A stretch of DNA of 64,000 nucleotides from Trichosphaerium sp. ATCC 40318 (Eukaryota; Protista; Tubulinea), in NCBI GenBank assembly GCA_038496445.1, contig JALMLS010000448.1, positions 186,001-250,000 on the forward strand, written 5' to 3'. The position numbers were made by a program, and so were the translations under genes. Numbering within the stretch: the stretch's first letter is position 1; every line of letters begins with the position of its first letter. The notes beneath the pieces were generated by a model. That model was not told where the DNA came from and made no database searches. It saw nothing but the letters and a program-made list of their open reading frames with translations. Positions 33,079-47,600 of the stretch are shown in pieces.

Positions 33079-35441
33079 TCAGGTTGGCTTAAATGGATTG
33101 TATGCAGTGCTTGCATTTGTTTTGTAATACTCAGATGAGTTACCAGATAAATTTCTGTGGCTGTATCTACTACCATATCCACGTTGTCCTGAAAAAATAT
33201 TAAATTTCTTATCTTGTGAGCAATATCACCCTTACCATAACAATTGTTTCCATATCTATACCCTGCATTATCATGACTGCGACGTACATGTTGTCTGCCG
33301 TAACGTCTTCCAAGAGACTTTCCACGATAGCTCCTAACTTCTCCTTCTCTTTTCAGCCAGTCTGGAACATCAGTACCAGCGTCTCGAAGCGTGCCAATGA
33401 GCTTCTTAGCAAGAGGGCGATCCTTTTGAGTAAAAAAAGCAGTTGCAACGCCTTTATTACCAGCACGGCCAGTGCGACCGATGCGATGGACGTATGCATC
33501 AATATTACTTGGCAAGTCGTAGTTTATCACGTGTGCGACATGAGGAACATCAAGTCCACGTGAAGCTACTGAAGTGGCTACGAGAATACGTGTACGTTGT
33601 TTCCTAAAGTCGGAAAGAGCAATATTTCTTTGCCGTTGGTCCTTGTTGCCATGAATAAAACCAGTCTTGGCTTTTTTGTAGTAATACAAAAGCCATCTAC
33701 CAAGAGCATCACAATCGGCTTTGCGTTCAACAAATACTATATTAGGTGTAAATCAAGAGTTTAGTAAAGCTCGCGGATGATATAGTGGTACCTAGTGTTT
33801 GCCCTGGGACGGAATCTAATTGTGAAATTAGTTCTTGTCGTTTTTCTTGGTTGTTTTTGATTTCAATTATCCTTTGTTCTACTAAGTCTGCTACAGCGCC
33901 AACTCTACCAACTTCAATGTATACATGTACGTTGCGCAAGAAAGCCTAGAACTAACAGTAAGGAACAACAAAAACAAAAACGTTACACGTGGTTTTTGTT
34001 TCAAGGAATGTAAGTTTAAAATAAAACGGTACCCTCGCCATCTGTTGGATTTGTTTTGGAAATGTTGCTGAGAACATAAAGGTACGACGGTAATCCGTAC
34101 TAGGCATATCGAAATTTTCAATAATCTTGTGCATATCAGGTACAAAACCCATGTCAAGCATTTGATCAGCTTCATCAAGAATAAGCGATGTTACTTGTTT
34201 TAAGCCAACTATCCCAGATTGCAAGAAATCGAGAAGTCTGCCAGGAGTAGCTACAAGAATATGACATCCGTTCCTTAGCTTTTCAATTTGCTTGTAGCGC
34301 TTCTCTCCTCCGTAACAGCATTGTACGATGAGACGACTACCTCGAGAAAACTAGGAATAGAATTAGAAAATAAAACTGTACTTGTTAAGCTTACCGTATT
34401 TGCGTCCTTCGTTATTTGTTGCGCCAGTTCACGTGTTGGCGCCAGTATAAGACAAGAAGGTACCGATGTGTACCTGTCCTTAGCATAAGGAAGGTCTTGG
34501 ATGAGGCTGTTGAGGACAGGAAGCAAGAATGCAGCGGTCTTGCCCGAACCTTAAAAACAGTAAGCACTTGAATCAACACATTCATGGCGCTGTTTTTTTT
34601 TTCTTTCGAAACGTACCTGTTTGCGCTGACGCCATTATATCGTTACCTTCGATTGCATAGGGTATGCCATACTGTTGTATAGGCGTAGGCTTTACAAAGT
34701 TTGCCGCTTTAATGTTGCTCAAGAGCGTATCATGCAGCCCAAACTTTGAAAAACTAGAACAGGGAGGTGGTTTCACTTCGCCATTTACTTTTACTTTAAT
34801 CTCAAAACAGCGCTCCTCAAATTTACTTGCTTTAAACGGGTGTTATCAAACAAATAAAGGAATTGTAAACAAAAGTAGTGAGGTCATACCTAGCGATGAC
34901 GTAGTTCTAGATGGCGTGGTAGACTATGAAAGAAATTGGTAACAAAACAAGAATTTTATGGGAAAGCACAAGTGAAGCTTCCAAGCGAACGATTAGGTTG
35001 ATGTATCGCTGTCGTAACCGTGCTCAGTCTTGACTGCACTTAGTGCTAACCCAAAGTAATTATACTTCTCATTAACATCCCTTCTGGTACACACATCGCA
35101 AGTAAAGGCATAGTCCTGCATACACCGCTGAAGGCGTTTTTCTCTTTCATTTGTGGTAGGTTTTGGTTAGAGAAACCATTTGTACGTAACGCAGCGGTAA
35201 ACTAGGTCAGAACCGTTCGTAAAGGATCATAACGAGAGCCAGATTTGTAGAACGGAAACTAACCTTCAGGAGGAACCTTTTTTACTCACGGTTGTCTTGA
35301 GAGGGATATAACAAGGCTTGTGTTACGTACGCCTATGTTGTACTCTGTTTTATTACGTGTAGGGATACAATCCGTCCTTTGCCGTTTAGGTACGACGTTA
35401 TCAGTTGGATAGAGTTTTCGTTTCCTAAATTTATCAGCCAT
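33079..35441 (-). CDS. DEAD-box RNA helicase, DDX3/Ded1/Vasa clade, multi-exon
   Basis: [64 protein letters not shown], and an RG/Y-rich tail. Confidence 0.9.
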
Positions 35442-36235
35442 TGCTTTGGGAAATGTCAATGCGGATTTTGTTAAGTCAAGGCAGCCAGAAATTTCGCCAA
35501 AATTTATGCTGCAACCAAAGATTGAACAACATCTTTGCAACACACGAAATAAAGAAGTGCACGCGTCTTCGGCAAGTTGGTAGCCAGAGAATGTGCTCTA
35601 TTTGCTTCTAGTCCTGCAATCACGAGTTGTTACTTTAGTGCGATCAATGTTAGGGTGCTACCGTAGTCAATCTTGTGACTCTTGACTTCGGTTGTAATTT
35701 TGACACTAGTATAACAGGATCACGTATGAAGCATTTGGTCAACCTTAAATATCTGAGAATAGGATGTAACATACCTAAGTTACAAAGATAGTTTGAAACA
35801 AACAAAATCTGAGATGTATTACTTTTGAAGGAGGGCCGACATTTGTACCATATTTCAAAAGAGGATGACGCGTTGGGTATTAGTTTATCATCGTTTGCTC
35901 CGAAGGACATACTACAACGGTAGTTTGTTTCCAGTTTTCTATTCCAAGACGCAATAGTATTGTTCTCTCAGAGACAGCTTTAGTTGATTTCTAATACTGG
36001 TGAGTTTCGATTGCTTCCTGTGTTGAAGTAAACTAACGTTATTGAGTGATAAATTTAATCTCAGTACACTAAAACTGAGTTTGACAAGAAATATGCTTTC
36101 ATTTAAAACGAGGGTAAACCCTAGGTTCGATGGAGAATCTGTGTTGTACTACAAAAGTAACGGTTTGCGCCTGTATTTAAGCTCCGCTTAAGTCAAACCA
36201 ACCAAACAAACATTTAAAACGCTGCGCGGTACGGA

Positions 36236-39200
36236 ATGGACATGTCTGACGAGGATTTGGACGACTTTGACGCCGCTAGTCAGCTCAAATACCTGAGATA
36301 CAGCCATAAAAGGGAACGTACGTATAATGTAACAATAAGTATTCAAACGCATCATTTTATTCAAATTTACGACTTTGAAGCGTTTTCAGGCAATTCAAGT
36401 AACGCTACTTGCTAAAATGTCATTATAGCGAAAACCTGTATACAAACGCCCAAAACATTCAATGGAAGCCCATTTAGGCAAATAAATCCGCGTAAAAAGA
36501 CAACACAAGAAATAGAGAAATTACCCAATGCCGTTAGTAACACAGGTGAATACAAACGCGCTATTCTAACGTGATAACAAAATGTAGCATGTGTTGATCT
36601 AACAGAAGTCCCGCCACAGCAACTCACTCTTGATGAGACCCTCCAGCTACCTAGTTTATGCGACAGCATGGGTACGACCCATTAAAACTAACCACAAGCA
36701 GAATAAGCTGTTCTCTCAGCGCTTGATTTGCAATCAATCTTATTTTTTTTGTAGAGCCAATACCAGACGACTCACCATCAAAGAGTGATATTTTCGATGG
36801 TTCTTCATCTGATTCTGATGGCTTTGTACCAGAGATTTTCTCTCCGACAAAATTGGATCATAACATGAAGCTAGAACTTCCATTGCAAGCTTTTGATGAT
36901 GGTACAAGTTTTTTTATTTGTGCGAAGAAAAAAAAGTTCAATGAAAAAAATTTGCTATTTGTATCGCGACTGATACGTAATTTTCATTTATTTTTATTTT
37001 TACTATACTTGAGTACACTTTGGCAAATTAACGTCTAATAACTTTTGTTGAGCTTGAAAAAACGCGATTTTGTGCACAACAGTTATCTCTCCAAAGAACA
37101 TATTTTTCAATTATTAGGTAGTCTTGTCTAATACAATATAAAAAAGCAGGTTCAAATGTTTCAATAAAAAATGAAACAAGAGATAACGTCAGGAACGATG
37201 ATAAACAAAATGGATATACAAATAATGATCAGGATGTCATATGTATATCAAGTGATGAAGAGAATGTATTTATGAGTGAGTTATCGACTAAGCTGAGTCC
37301 TGATAATCCTTTGAACTCTTTCTTTGATTGTTTGGATAAAATTAAACCGTTTCAACAATCATCAACTCTTGGAGTGCCTGGGAACCCACTATTTATATCT
37401 ACAGTCCCTCAAATGAATTTATTCCCACCTGATAATAGTACCAATACTTATACAAGTCCTTATATGTTCGAAGAAGAAGAAAAGGAACCAGAGTACGCTC
37501 AGAAATCTTTTCAACTTTTCTTTTTGTTGATTTGACTCAGATACGAAGAATTCCCTGCAGACTACCCTAAAGAAATAAAAGGATGTACATCGAAATTATA
37601 TGAACACCAAAGAGTTGCTTTACAGTGGCTCTTGACACGTGAAAAGAATTGTTTCCATGGTGTCAGAGGCGGGATGTAAGTTCAGTTTTTTTTTTCATTG
37701 AAATGTTTCTGATGAATCTTTAAGGCTTTGTGATGAAATGGGTCTTGGAAAGACTCTATGTTTACTCTCTTTGGTTGCTACAGATTTAAGCAGGAATGAT
37801 AATGTCGATGATGCAGATTTAATGTGGCAGAATGATCCAACACTCATTGTTTGCAGTAAAACTTTAATTGGTGTATGGGAAAGGGAAATCAAAAACCATT
37901 TCAAACGTACTCTTACCAAACTTTTTTTTGAGAAGTTCTAACTTTCTATTGCTTTGTTAGGTGGTACTCTAAAGTACCTTAGATTTTATCAACGAGATGG
38001 TAAAGCTGCTAGTATGTCAGATGTACAGCGACAGAATATTATAATAACGACATACGAGACAGTACGTCTTTGACGAAACCTATTTTTTTTTTCTGATATG
38101 TTTTTATTAGGTCCGAGGAAGATGTAAAGCCAGATGGGCTGAGGATGAGAAAGAGCTTACAGAAAAATGTGAAAAGGAAGGTTTAGATGAAAGAAGAACA
38201 GCACAAGTGTTACGTAAATACAAAGCGAACAAGCTTCCATGGAAACCTTTCAAAAAGTACAAACCCTTTTTTTGTTGGTGAAATTTTAACTTTGACTTTT
38301 AGACTTGCTCCAAAATTCCGAAGAGGTCACGACCTCCTATTCAGTCGTAAATGGCATCGTATCATTTGTGATGAAGCTCATACATTTCGTAACCCTAAAA
38401 CAGCACTAGCACGTTCAATAAGTTCACTAGCTGCAACCTACAGGTGATGGACTTTTTATCCGATAAGTTTCCACAAAAAAAACTTAACAAAGCTTAGGTG
38501 GTATGTCAGTGGAACACCAATTCAGAATTCAAGCAAAGATCTATACAGGTAAGTATTAAGAGATCAGGTCTTTCATGTACATGAGAGTTTATATTGAACG
38601 ACCCTTAGTGCTCTAAGATTTCTTGATTTCAAGCATAGAGATGTAGAAAATATGCGGAGGTGGAACCACCGTGTCAGGTATTTAGCTTTTTTCTAAACTA
38701 TATGTGCACTTTGTTTCTGATGCGATATGATAGGCAACTTGACTATAATCGTGCTCGAAGAAGTGAGAATAACGCATGGTTACATCACTTGATGCTACTC
38801 CGGACCAAGGACAGCATTCATGCTGGTAACTTAAGCTTCTTTATTTTGAAGTTTAATTAAACATTTCACTACAGATGCAGAGGCATACGAAGCCAAAATC
38901 GCACTTGAGAAAAACACTAAGGATGGTGTTATAATGATAGATGTAGATGATGAAGATGATGAAGAAGAATGTGAGAGTAAACGTGGTGTTAAAAGAGAAA
39001 GAGAAGGATCTGAATCTCCACAAAGAAATGTTAAACGGATGAAGAGATTACAACCTGCTATAGTTAATGTTCATAAAATGAAGTTTGAATTCAAAGTTGA
39101 GAGGGATCTATACAAATACTATAAAGGTGAAGCTGTTGATAACCTTAAAAAATATAGAGATAAAGCAAATGATTGGGCTAATGTTCTTTCTGCTTTATTA

Positions 39201-40470
39201 CGAATGAGACAGGTACAAAAAACTTCAATTCTTTCTTTTTATTTTTCGAAAAAAAACTACTTTGGAGAAAGCTTTATGCTCAAGTTTTATCTTGTAACTT
39301 GATTTCTGATAATCAATACGCTCTCTGAGTGTTTTAATTTCCTCCAGGCTCTACTTCAAACCAAAAAAAAAAGCCAAGAAAAAAAGGCTTGTATTTTCTC
39401 ACTTCTTTTTCCTTATCACTTTGTTTATTAGATTTGTTGTTCTCCTTTACTAGTTCCTCCGGGTAAAAGTGAATTAAATAAAGGTACGTGATTGCTATTA
39501 GACAATTGGTTTAAAGGGAGTAATTGTTTTCGTAGATGAAAAAGCACATGATGTTAAGTCATTGAAAGAGTGTTGTGCTGATGCTATCATAAAGTATAGA
39601 GTATCTTATGATGATTCAGCTATACCAAGAGAATTATCTACATTTGTTGATGGCGTAAGACTATCAGAACCTGGAATGCAATCATCTAAAATAGTACAAC
39701 TTATAACATACTTGAAGAATATACCTCCAGATGAAAAACTATTGGTTTTTTCAGAATGGACCAAGTTACTTGATGTTGTTGGGAAATGCTTGAAAAAGTT
39801 TGGTTATAATTTTAGTAGACTCGATGGTTCACAAAGCTTGGATGTACGATGTAGAAATGTAGCAAGATTCAAAGAAGACAAGACAAGAAAGGTATGTTCT
39901 TTTTTGGTTTTTTTTTTCTTGGTCTTGCTGTTGTTAGAAAAAGGCGTCTCGTTGCTGATTTGATGTTTAGGTCATGTTACTTTCTACTCGAGTTGGTGGA
40001 GAAGGTTTAAATCTAACAGATGCGAACCATGTTATATTTATGGAACCGTGGTGGTAAGTGTTGTCTTTCTCTTCTTTTTTTCTTTTTTTTCTTTTGGATG
40101 TCATGGTTAATAGTCGTGTAGGAATCCTTATGTTGAGGAACAAGCTATTGCACGTGCTCACAGGAACGGACAAACGAGGCCTGTGAATGTGACCTACTTT
40201 GTAATGGAGGTATGTCGAATATTTTACGTCTTTTGTACATTATTGTTTTGTTAATGGTTTTATTTAGGATACTGTAGAGCAACGCGTTTTAGATATTGCT
40301 GAAGCTAAGAAGAACTTGGCTAAAGAAATTTTAATGTCTGCCAGAAGTAACTCTCTTGATAAGGGTGCAGTCGCAAGGCTTATCGGTACGGACACGTGTC
40401 CTTAATTTTTTTCGTTGACACAGATGTTCAAAATGCTGTTTTTTAATTTAAATTCATATTAGGTTATTAA
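36236..40470 (+). CDS. SNF2-family ATPase (Rad5/Rad16/TTF2-Lodestar-like), multi-exon
   Basis: LYEHQ, GGM-CDEMGLGKT, ITTYE, WHRIICDEAH, SGTPIQN, QSSKI, VFSEWT, RLDGS, GGEGLNL, EPWWNP-EEQAIARAHRNGQ. Confidence 0.9.
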
Positions 40471-40924
40471 CTTGACCTCCTGGACCTTCTCTCTTTTATG
40501 TACACAGTGTAGATAATATTATTGTATTTTTACAACTCTAAAACACCTCCTCCTTTGTTACTACGTATAACGATGATATTTGGAGTGTAAATAAATGTTA
40601 AAAGTATTGAAAGAAGTTAAGGACACTCATTCAACAAAGAAAAGAAAAATGAAGAAATAATTATTTTCATAATTTGTTATTTGAATTACCCATGTTAACA
40701 ATTGGAGGAAATTAATAGCAGCTATCCGTCCGGAACAATTTGTTGCTGTCTACACGCGACAATATTAGCCGTTCAGCCACCGCAATTTTGTCTACAACTC
40801 CCTTCGCTCAGTTTTTTTGGGGTTATGAGACCTTCCAAAATTAGTTTATCGCTCTTGGCCTACATTCTTGGCCAGCATCTTTTTGAGAACGACACTGGCT
40901 TAATTCAAATAATAACAACTCGTA

Positions 40925-42676
40925 ATGGGTAACAGCAAGTCTAAGAAGAGCGCCAGAGGTCGTAGCTCCCCTCGTAGCAAAAGTGGTTTTCAAGCAATAC
41001 CCGACAAATACCAAACACTACAAGAAGTACAAGGTACGATACAGTTCTACGCTGCGAGTATACTGACATTGAACAAGATGCTTTACGTGCTGCCGGATTA
41101 GAAAGCTCAAATCGTACGTACCAGAGCTACAATAAACCGTCTGAGCGTCATGTGACGAAAGCATGAGGCGTTACAATTCTTAAAATTCTTACAATTGTTT
41201 TATAGTCATCATTGGCGTCGATTACACCAAATCGAACACTTGGAATGGTAAACGAACCTTTGGTGGAAACAATTTACACGCCATCTTTCCAAACGCAATG
41301 AATCCGTAAGCACCAATACCCAACCAGCCTACTGAACCTACTAGATACCAAGAGGTCATTGATATTGTTGGTAGAACCTTAGAACCATTCGATGATGATA
41401 AACTTATCCCAGTACGCCTACAAAACCCTCGCTGTGTCTTCTAGCGTCTTATAATATTATAGGTTCTTGGGTATGCTCACAGTGAACTTAATATTCTCTA
41501 AAACCATTTTACCGTTACCAAACGTACCCAAACTTATTCTCTCACAGGTTTGGTGATGCTACAACCACTGATAAGTCAGTTTTCCCATTTTTTCCAGACA
41601 GACCTTGCAACGGATTTCAAGAAGCACTTGTTCGATACGCTGAGGTTCGTTTTACCTTATTCCTAACACTTCAGTACAGAAAAAAAATTCTAACGTAATT
41701 TTCCAGATTACGCCAAACGTAAAACTCTCAGGACCAACTTCATTCGCACCACTCATACGTGGTACGTCCTACAAACTATTTTATTTGTTTTTTGAAACTC
41801 GATTTTCTTTTAAATTATTTTATTTTTATATCTCTACTACGACACTTGGTCGGAATAAAACAGCGTAAAAAGGATTTACACTGATGTATTATGTATTATA
41901 GAGGCAATTAAAATCGTACAGCAAGACGGTGGTTATCATATTTTGGTGATTATTGCTGATGGACAAGTAAATAACGTACAGGATACTACACAAGCTATTG
42001 TTGAAGCAACAAAGTATCCAATATCGATCATATGTATTGGCGTAGGTGATGGTAAGTCAAAAAAGAAAACAATGTTTTTTTCTTTTTTTTTTTTCAAAGC
42101 TTATTTGCAGCACTGCTTGCTTCTAAAAATGTTACTTTAATTCGAAGTGTTGCTTATAAAATTCTCCTTTTTTGTTTTGTTTGTAATACGAGTGATGTAT
42201 GCGTTACTTTTATTAGTAATCATTGATAAAGGCTAAGATTTTTCGTGTTTTTATTTAGGTCCTTGGGATTTGATGGAAAAATTTGATGATGAACTACCAA
42301 AGCGTAGATTTGATAACTTTCAGTTTGTGGATTATCATGGGACTATGCTTCGCGCTGAGAATCGTGAAGTGACATTCTCGTATGTCGTCGAACATTTTTT
42401 TTTGTGGATTCGTTACTTATTTTTTTCTGTGTAGTGTCAACGCCTTACAGGAGATTCCTGATCAATTTTTGTACGTTTTGTTTTAGTTTATTCTGTATAA
42501 TTTTTTAACGTATTCTTGGTTTTAAAGAGCTCTTAGTGAGCAAGATTTTTGACTGAGTTATCAGTTTTTTTTGTGTTTTTTTTTTTTGGAGTTTTATGTT
42601 ACAACACAGTTTCTTTGACTTCGTATTTAATGCTAATAATTAATGTAGGGAGATTCAGCGTTTGCAATTAATGTAG
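40925..42676 (+). CDS. Copine/RGLG-like vWA domain protein, putatively N-myristoylated
   Basis: MGNSKS, GLESSNLIIGVDYTKSN, FDDDKLIP, GPTSFAPLI, ILVIIADGQV, ISIICIGVGDGPW, RRFDNFQFV, ALQEIPDQ. No C-terminal RING seen. Confidence 0.9.
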
Positions 42677-42880
42677 TAGCACTATTGACCGTCATTATTT
42701 TTCTTCAAACACAAAAAAACCTTGTACCAATAAAATCAAATTAGTTCTGCTAAAAAACGTACCAGATCATTTTTTTTTCTCTACACAAATTCGTTGAAAG
42801 TTCAAACAAAAGTAACGTCATGTAAAGTCTTTCGCACAATTTTTTTTGTAGTTCACCGTATTCGGACTTCTATTATTGTA

Positions 42881-43668
42881 ATGGAAACTAAAGTTACTGT
42901 AACGGGTGAATTGGGTGCTGGAAAGACTACTCTAGCGATGAGATACATTACCGGCGAGTTTGTTCCAGATGCTGACCCAACACATGCTGAGACATACCAC
43001 AAGCAGGTAATCATTGATGGAGAGTCAATATCAGCCACTATTTGGGATGAAACAGTAGATGCTTTAAGAAAAGGAACCGCAGGCCGGGAGCATCGACAGC
43101 ATTCAGCAGTAATTTTGGTATATTCTATAACGGATAAGTCAAGTTTTGAAGGCCTTGCGGAAAAAGTGGAAGAAATAACAGAGTACGCCAACGAATTTTT
43201 GCTTTTTTCCGAATTCCACCATTGAAAGTTATCTAAACGCCTTCAAACAATGTCAAAACGGTACACTATGTACAGGTGTTATACTGTCTAAGTAATACGC
43301 CAACCATGTACGGTTGTAGGCTTGTTTTCTTAGTTGAAAAGTAACTTTTGACACTGCATCAAACCTTCTTTTTGTTCACGTTTGTGTTTATTGACATGGT
43401 TGTATTTAGTATCAAATGGGGATCTGATAAGTTTCCTATAGTAATAGTTGGTTGCAAAGCGGATCTCACTGATGATAGACAAGTTACTGAACAAGAAGGT
43501 AAAGAACTAGCTGATTTCTTGAAATGTGGGTTTTATGAGACGTCAGCAAAGTCAAACACAAATGTCAATGAAGCATTTGAGTATATTTTAAAAGAGACAA
43601 AGAAGTTTGACGCAGAACAACTCGCTAAATATAATTCTTCTAAGACCAAACGTTGTACTGTAATGTAA
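42881..43668 (+). CDS. Ras-family small GTPase with CAAX and an atypical G3 box
   Basis: GELGAGKT, DPTHAETY, WDETVD, VYSITDKSSF, GCKAD, ETSAK, C-terminal CTVM; one intron. Confidence 0.85.
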
Positions 43669-43904
43669 AAAACTGTATCAAAGAAAAAAAAAAAAATACA
43701 TAAGCCGTTTCACTCTAACCTCGGTTTTACTTACTAAACACGTGATAACATGATATGCATAGAGTATGCACGATTTACTACCTTTCCGCTAAAAGCAGAA
43801 AAATCACAAACGCATAACGAGTGCCCAAGGTTGTGCAAAATGATTTTCACTAACAAAAAGGATCCGAAAGTTGTGAGAATTGTTCTTTCTTTTTAGGTTT
43901 TGTA

Positions 43905-44297
43905 TCATTCACCATACATGCGTTTTGCGATACAATCAGCCACACTCATACCACCTTTTGCGATTGCACGTCGACTATATTGGCAGTGAAAGTTAAGAGA
44001 ACAATTGTTAGAAAAGTTGTAAAGCGACGCCTGCATATCATCGTCTGAGAACTTAAAACCTTCCTCATCAGTTATGTAGTCATGCGTTAGGTTCCCTGCA
44101 GCCTCCAAAACATCGTTTGGAGTATCATGAGGCTTCATTCTTAGCCGGTGACGCTCTCCACAGTACGCATTGTTTATATCGTACACTGTGACGAAAGCAG
44201 TTATTTTTTTACACGCTTTCTCTTTTTCTGGGTCACCGAGGCCAAATTTTCGCGTATGCCAGAACCAATTTATCGTTTTGTTGATTGCCTTGTCCAT
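43905..44297 (-). CDS. Hypothetical protein (130 aa)
   Basis: Single ORF with protein-like composition and no recognised domain. Confidence 0.5.
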   Translation of the reverse strand: MDKAINKTINWFWHTRKFGLGDPEKEKACKKITAFVTVYDINNAYCGERHRLRMKPHDTPNDVLEAAGNLTHDYITDEEGFKFSDDDMQASLYNFSNNCSLNFHCQYSRRAIAKGGMSVADCIAKRMYGE

Positions 44298-44676
44298 ATC
44301 TTGAGTTTTGACTTGTCGTAGACTTCATCTTGAATCTCAGAAGAGATTTATTTACTGTGTGACAAGTTTTTGGTAGCCTTTACATACCACGTGTATAAAC
44401 CGGCGCGAGCGTACTGAGTTCGCTGTAAATGTCCACTGAGATATGTCAGCATAAGTGTTATGTACAGTTTTAAATTTATATCACGTTGGGTTTTTCTACA
44501 GAGTAAACCGTTATGAATTACTGCTAGCATGATCGTAACGCAAAAAATACGAAGTGGGAGGTAGCAAAGCCCAAAATTTGACGTTAAGTTGTGTTAATAC
44601 TGTGACAACTTAAACTGCACAACGTCGCATTTTATTTGAATTTAGCAGTTTGTTTTAGTACAAGTAGTTCGCAAAC

Positions 44677-47600
44677 ATGTCAGAAACGATAGAATCTTGT
44701 GCTGTAAGTTGACATTTAGGTTTATGTCAAGCTAATACGCTTAGATCGTATTGTTACCGTATGAGATACTTCTTAAAGTGCTAAATAGGTACTATCAGTA
44801 ATAAACAACACAAACAGTTAACAGTTAAAATAGCGTACTTATTAATGCGTGCAAATCGCGCCTCGCCTCGGTAATAACCCTATCCTCTGTTTGCAGGTGA
44901 CTTTAATTCAAAAAGATCTGAACGTCAACGTTTTTTTCTAGAGAGTGGCGTAATGTGTGTACAACTCACTACTGGACACGTATGGATCTTACTAAAGCGA
45001 AACTGAGCCAAAAAGCACTAGAATCGATGTGCCATGACAGGTACAGCTAAAAGAAGGGAAACAAAGTTGGTTTTCTTTTTTAGTAACTTCTCGCTTCTAG
45101 AGCACATGTTCTACAGCATCTCATTCTATCTGGTGTTGAGTTGGAAAATCCAATAACTTTAATGAAACTCGCTCCAAACTTGGAAACTTTAGACCTGAGC
45201 AACTGCAACTTTGCACTACCACAAGTAAAATTAGGCACGTGATTTTCGAAAGATTTTTTTATTTTGCATCACGTGCTTACAGCTCAAACACAGGCGGTGC
45301 TTGGTATTTTTTTCCTCAAGGAAAACATTTAAAAACGCTATACCTTACAAACACAATGTGGGCCCGGCGTAAACCGTTCCATGAACGCAAGGAGTTTGGC
45401 TATTTATTTATTAAACTGATTTCTCACGTACCTAACTTAAAACGACTTTATGCTGGTGGTATGTCAGGCGTTTTTATAGAAATGAATGAGCTATGTGGTA
45501 AGTTACCACAGTTGGAGTTATTGGTAAGTTTTGAACAAATGAGTGGGTTGTATTGACGTTTTGTTTTAAAGGATATCACGTACACAAATAGGTCTAAGCC
45601 ACCTGCAATTAAGTACATTAAAAAGTTGAAAACTCTATTTGTTGATAATGCATTCTATAAACGTACAATAGAAGAGTATGTTCATTTTTCTTGTACAAAC
45701 ATATTTATTGCTAACATACATGTCATTTGTTTTTAGAGCAATTAAAGGAAAAAAAGATGATTTGAATGTAATTGTTTATGACATTTGTAAATGGGAAATT
45801 GGAGAGATTGAAGTATATGCAAGGTATTTGAAGAGAATGATTCTTAGTGGTACGTAATTACTCTAGCAAAACAATTAGTTGTAACGAACCATATCATTAT
45901 GTGGAGTGCTTGTGGTACCACTGGACAAATTCTTCTAAAATGTGTTGAAAGAGTTGAATGTACTTTGAGTTTTTTGTAGTGACGGCCTTTAGGTGCTGAT
46001 AAAGGATTACTACATGGCACAAGTACAAACTCCCTTGGAATTTTAGATGGTTTAACTATAGCGTATTTACGTTCCACCTACCTAACAGACCAGCAAGTAT
46101 TACTTGATTTTCTTCATTTTTTCTTAAGAACTGAAGAAAATAACAAACGTGCATGGGTTCGTTTTTCACGCTCGCTTATGTTTCTTTAAACCAACCTGAA
46201 CTCACCAAACAATTAATAGGCTCGCGATAAACTTCTTTATATGTCTCCTAAAATTATAAACGAAGTAGCAGCCAGCCGTGTTACTGATGGAAGTGACTTG
46301 GAATTATTGAAAATACTTATTTCAAACTATGGTGTTAACTGTAACCTAAAATATCAGGGCTCCACACCTTTTTGTGTAGCTATAAGACGTAATAAGGTTA
46401 AACGCGCAAAGTTCCTCCTAAATAACTGTAAAGATAAAGTTGGTGCTGTGCGTTCATTTTCTTGCTTTTTTCTTCTTTTAAGAAAAGGTTCTTTTTGCTG
46501 ATGGTTTTGTTTTTTGTGTAGATTTATGATGCACTGAAGCATGACGTTGTGGATGGGTTCCATGCATCAAGAACGATAAAAGTAGCTCAAGAGTGTGGCG
46601 TGGATATTACAAAACCTACACTTGATACTGGATCAACAGTTCTTCATCTAGCAGCACAACATCTACAAGAACATCAACTTAAAGTACTTGTATGTACTGT
46701 TTACGTCTTGTGGAGATAAACTCAATGAGCTCATTACTCTTATGCTTCTCCTAACTTGTTATTATTACAGCTGAGAAGTGGTATTGATGTTAATCATGTA
46801 AACTTTGCAGGAGAAACAGCTTTATCGTTAGTTTGTGCAGTACGGCTAATTACTTTTGTCATCAAGCATAGTTCTCTAACAACATTCTGTTTATTAAGAA
46901 ACCTGAAGGACTTAAAAGCACACAAGTACTTCTAGAAGCAGGAGCCGATCCAAACCTAGTACGTTTTTGGTTTTGTTACTTATGTACATATATCGCTTAT
47001 CGGAGTAATAGGGCAGGACATCACTTCTTATGGGTATCGAGAGTAAGGAAATGTGCCAATTGCTTATAAGGTATGGTGCAGAAGTAAATTATAAAGATAA
47101 ACGAGGAAGGACACCTTTAGCTGTGGCTGCATATGAAGGGTTAGTTTTATTTTTTGGTTTGAGTTGCCCTTAACATACTTTTTTTAGGTTGGGTGAGATT
47201 GTAACTGTACTTCTCGAATCTGGTGCAACACTTACAGATAGTTTTGGGGAAAAGAAAGATGTCACTTACATGGGTGTATGTCGTTTTAACTTAATGACTC
47301 TAGAAGCTGACAATTTCTTAGCTTGCTTTGAGAACACAACACTTCGGAACGCCTTCAGTAGAAACCTTACATAAAGGAACACCTTGGACTAAATTAGACC
47401 ATATACTATGCGAATTTGATAGATTCGGATTGAAACCTGCAAAAAAAATGCCAATATCGTATGTGAAACTCATTCATTGCCTGTTTTTTCTTTTTTAGTG
47501 TTATTGTCTGACATGATTACCTTAAGACCTGAAGATCTAGCGCATAGAGTAACAACTGTTGATGGTCTAGAAGCTGCACAAAAGTTTGTTGTTATAGAAC

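Noticed and set aside
36100-36145. GGTTCGA T-loop-like motif (similar ones near 16332 and 16895)
   Set aside because: No cloverleaf or acceptor-stem pairing around them, so not called as tRNA.
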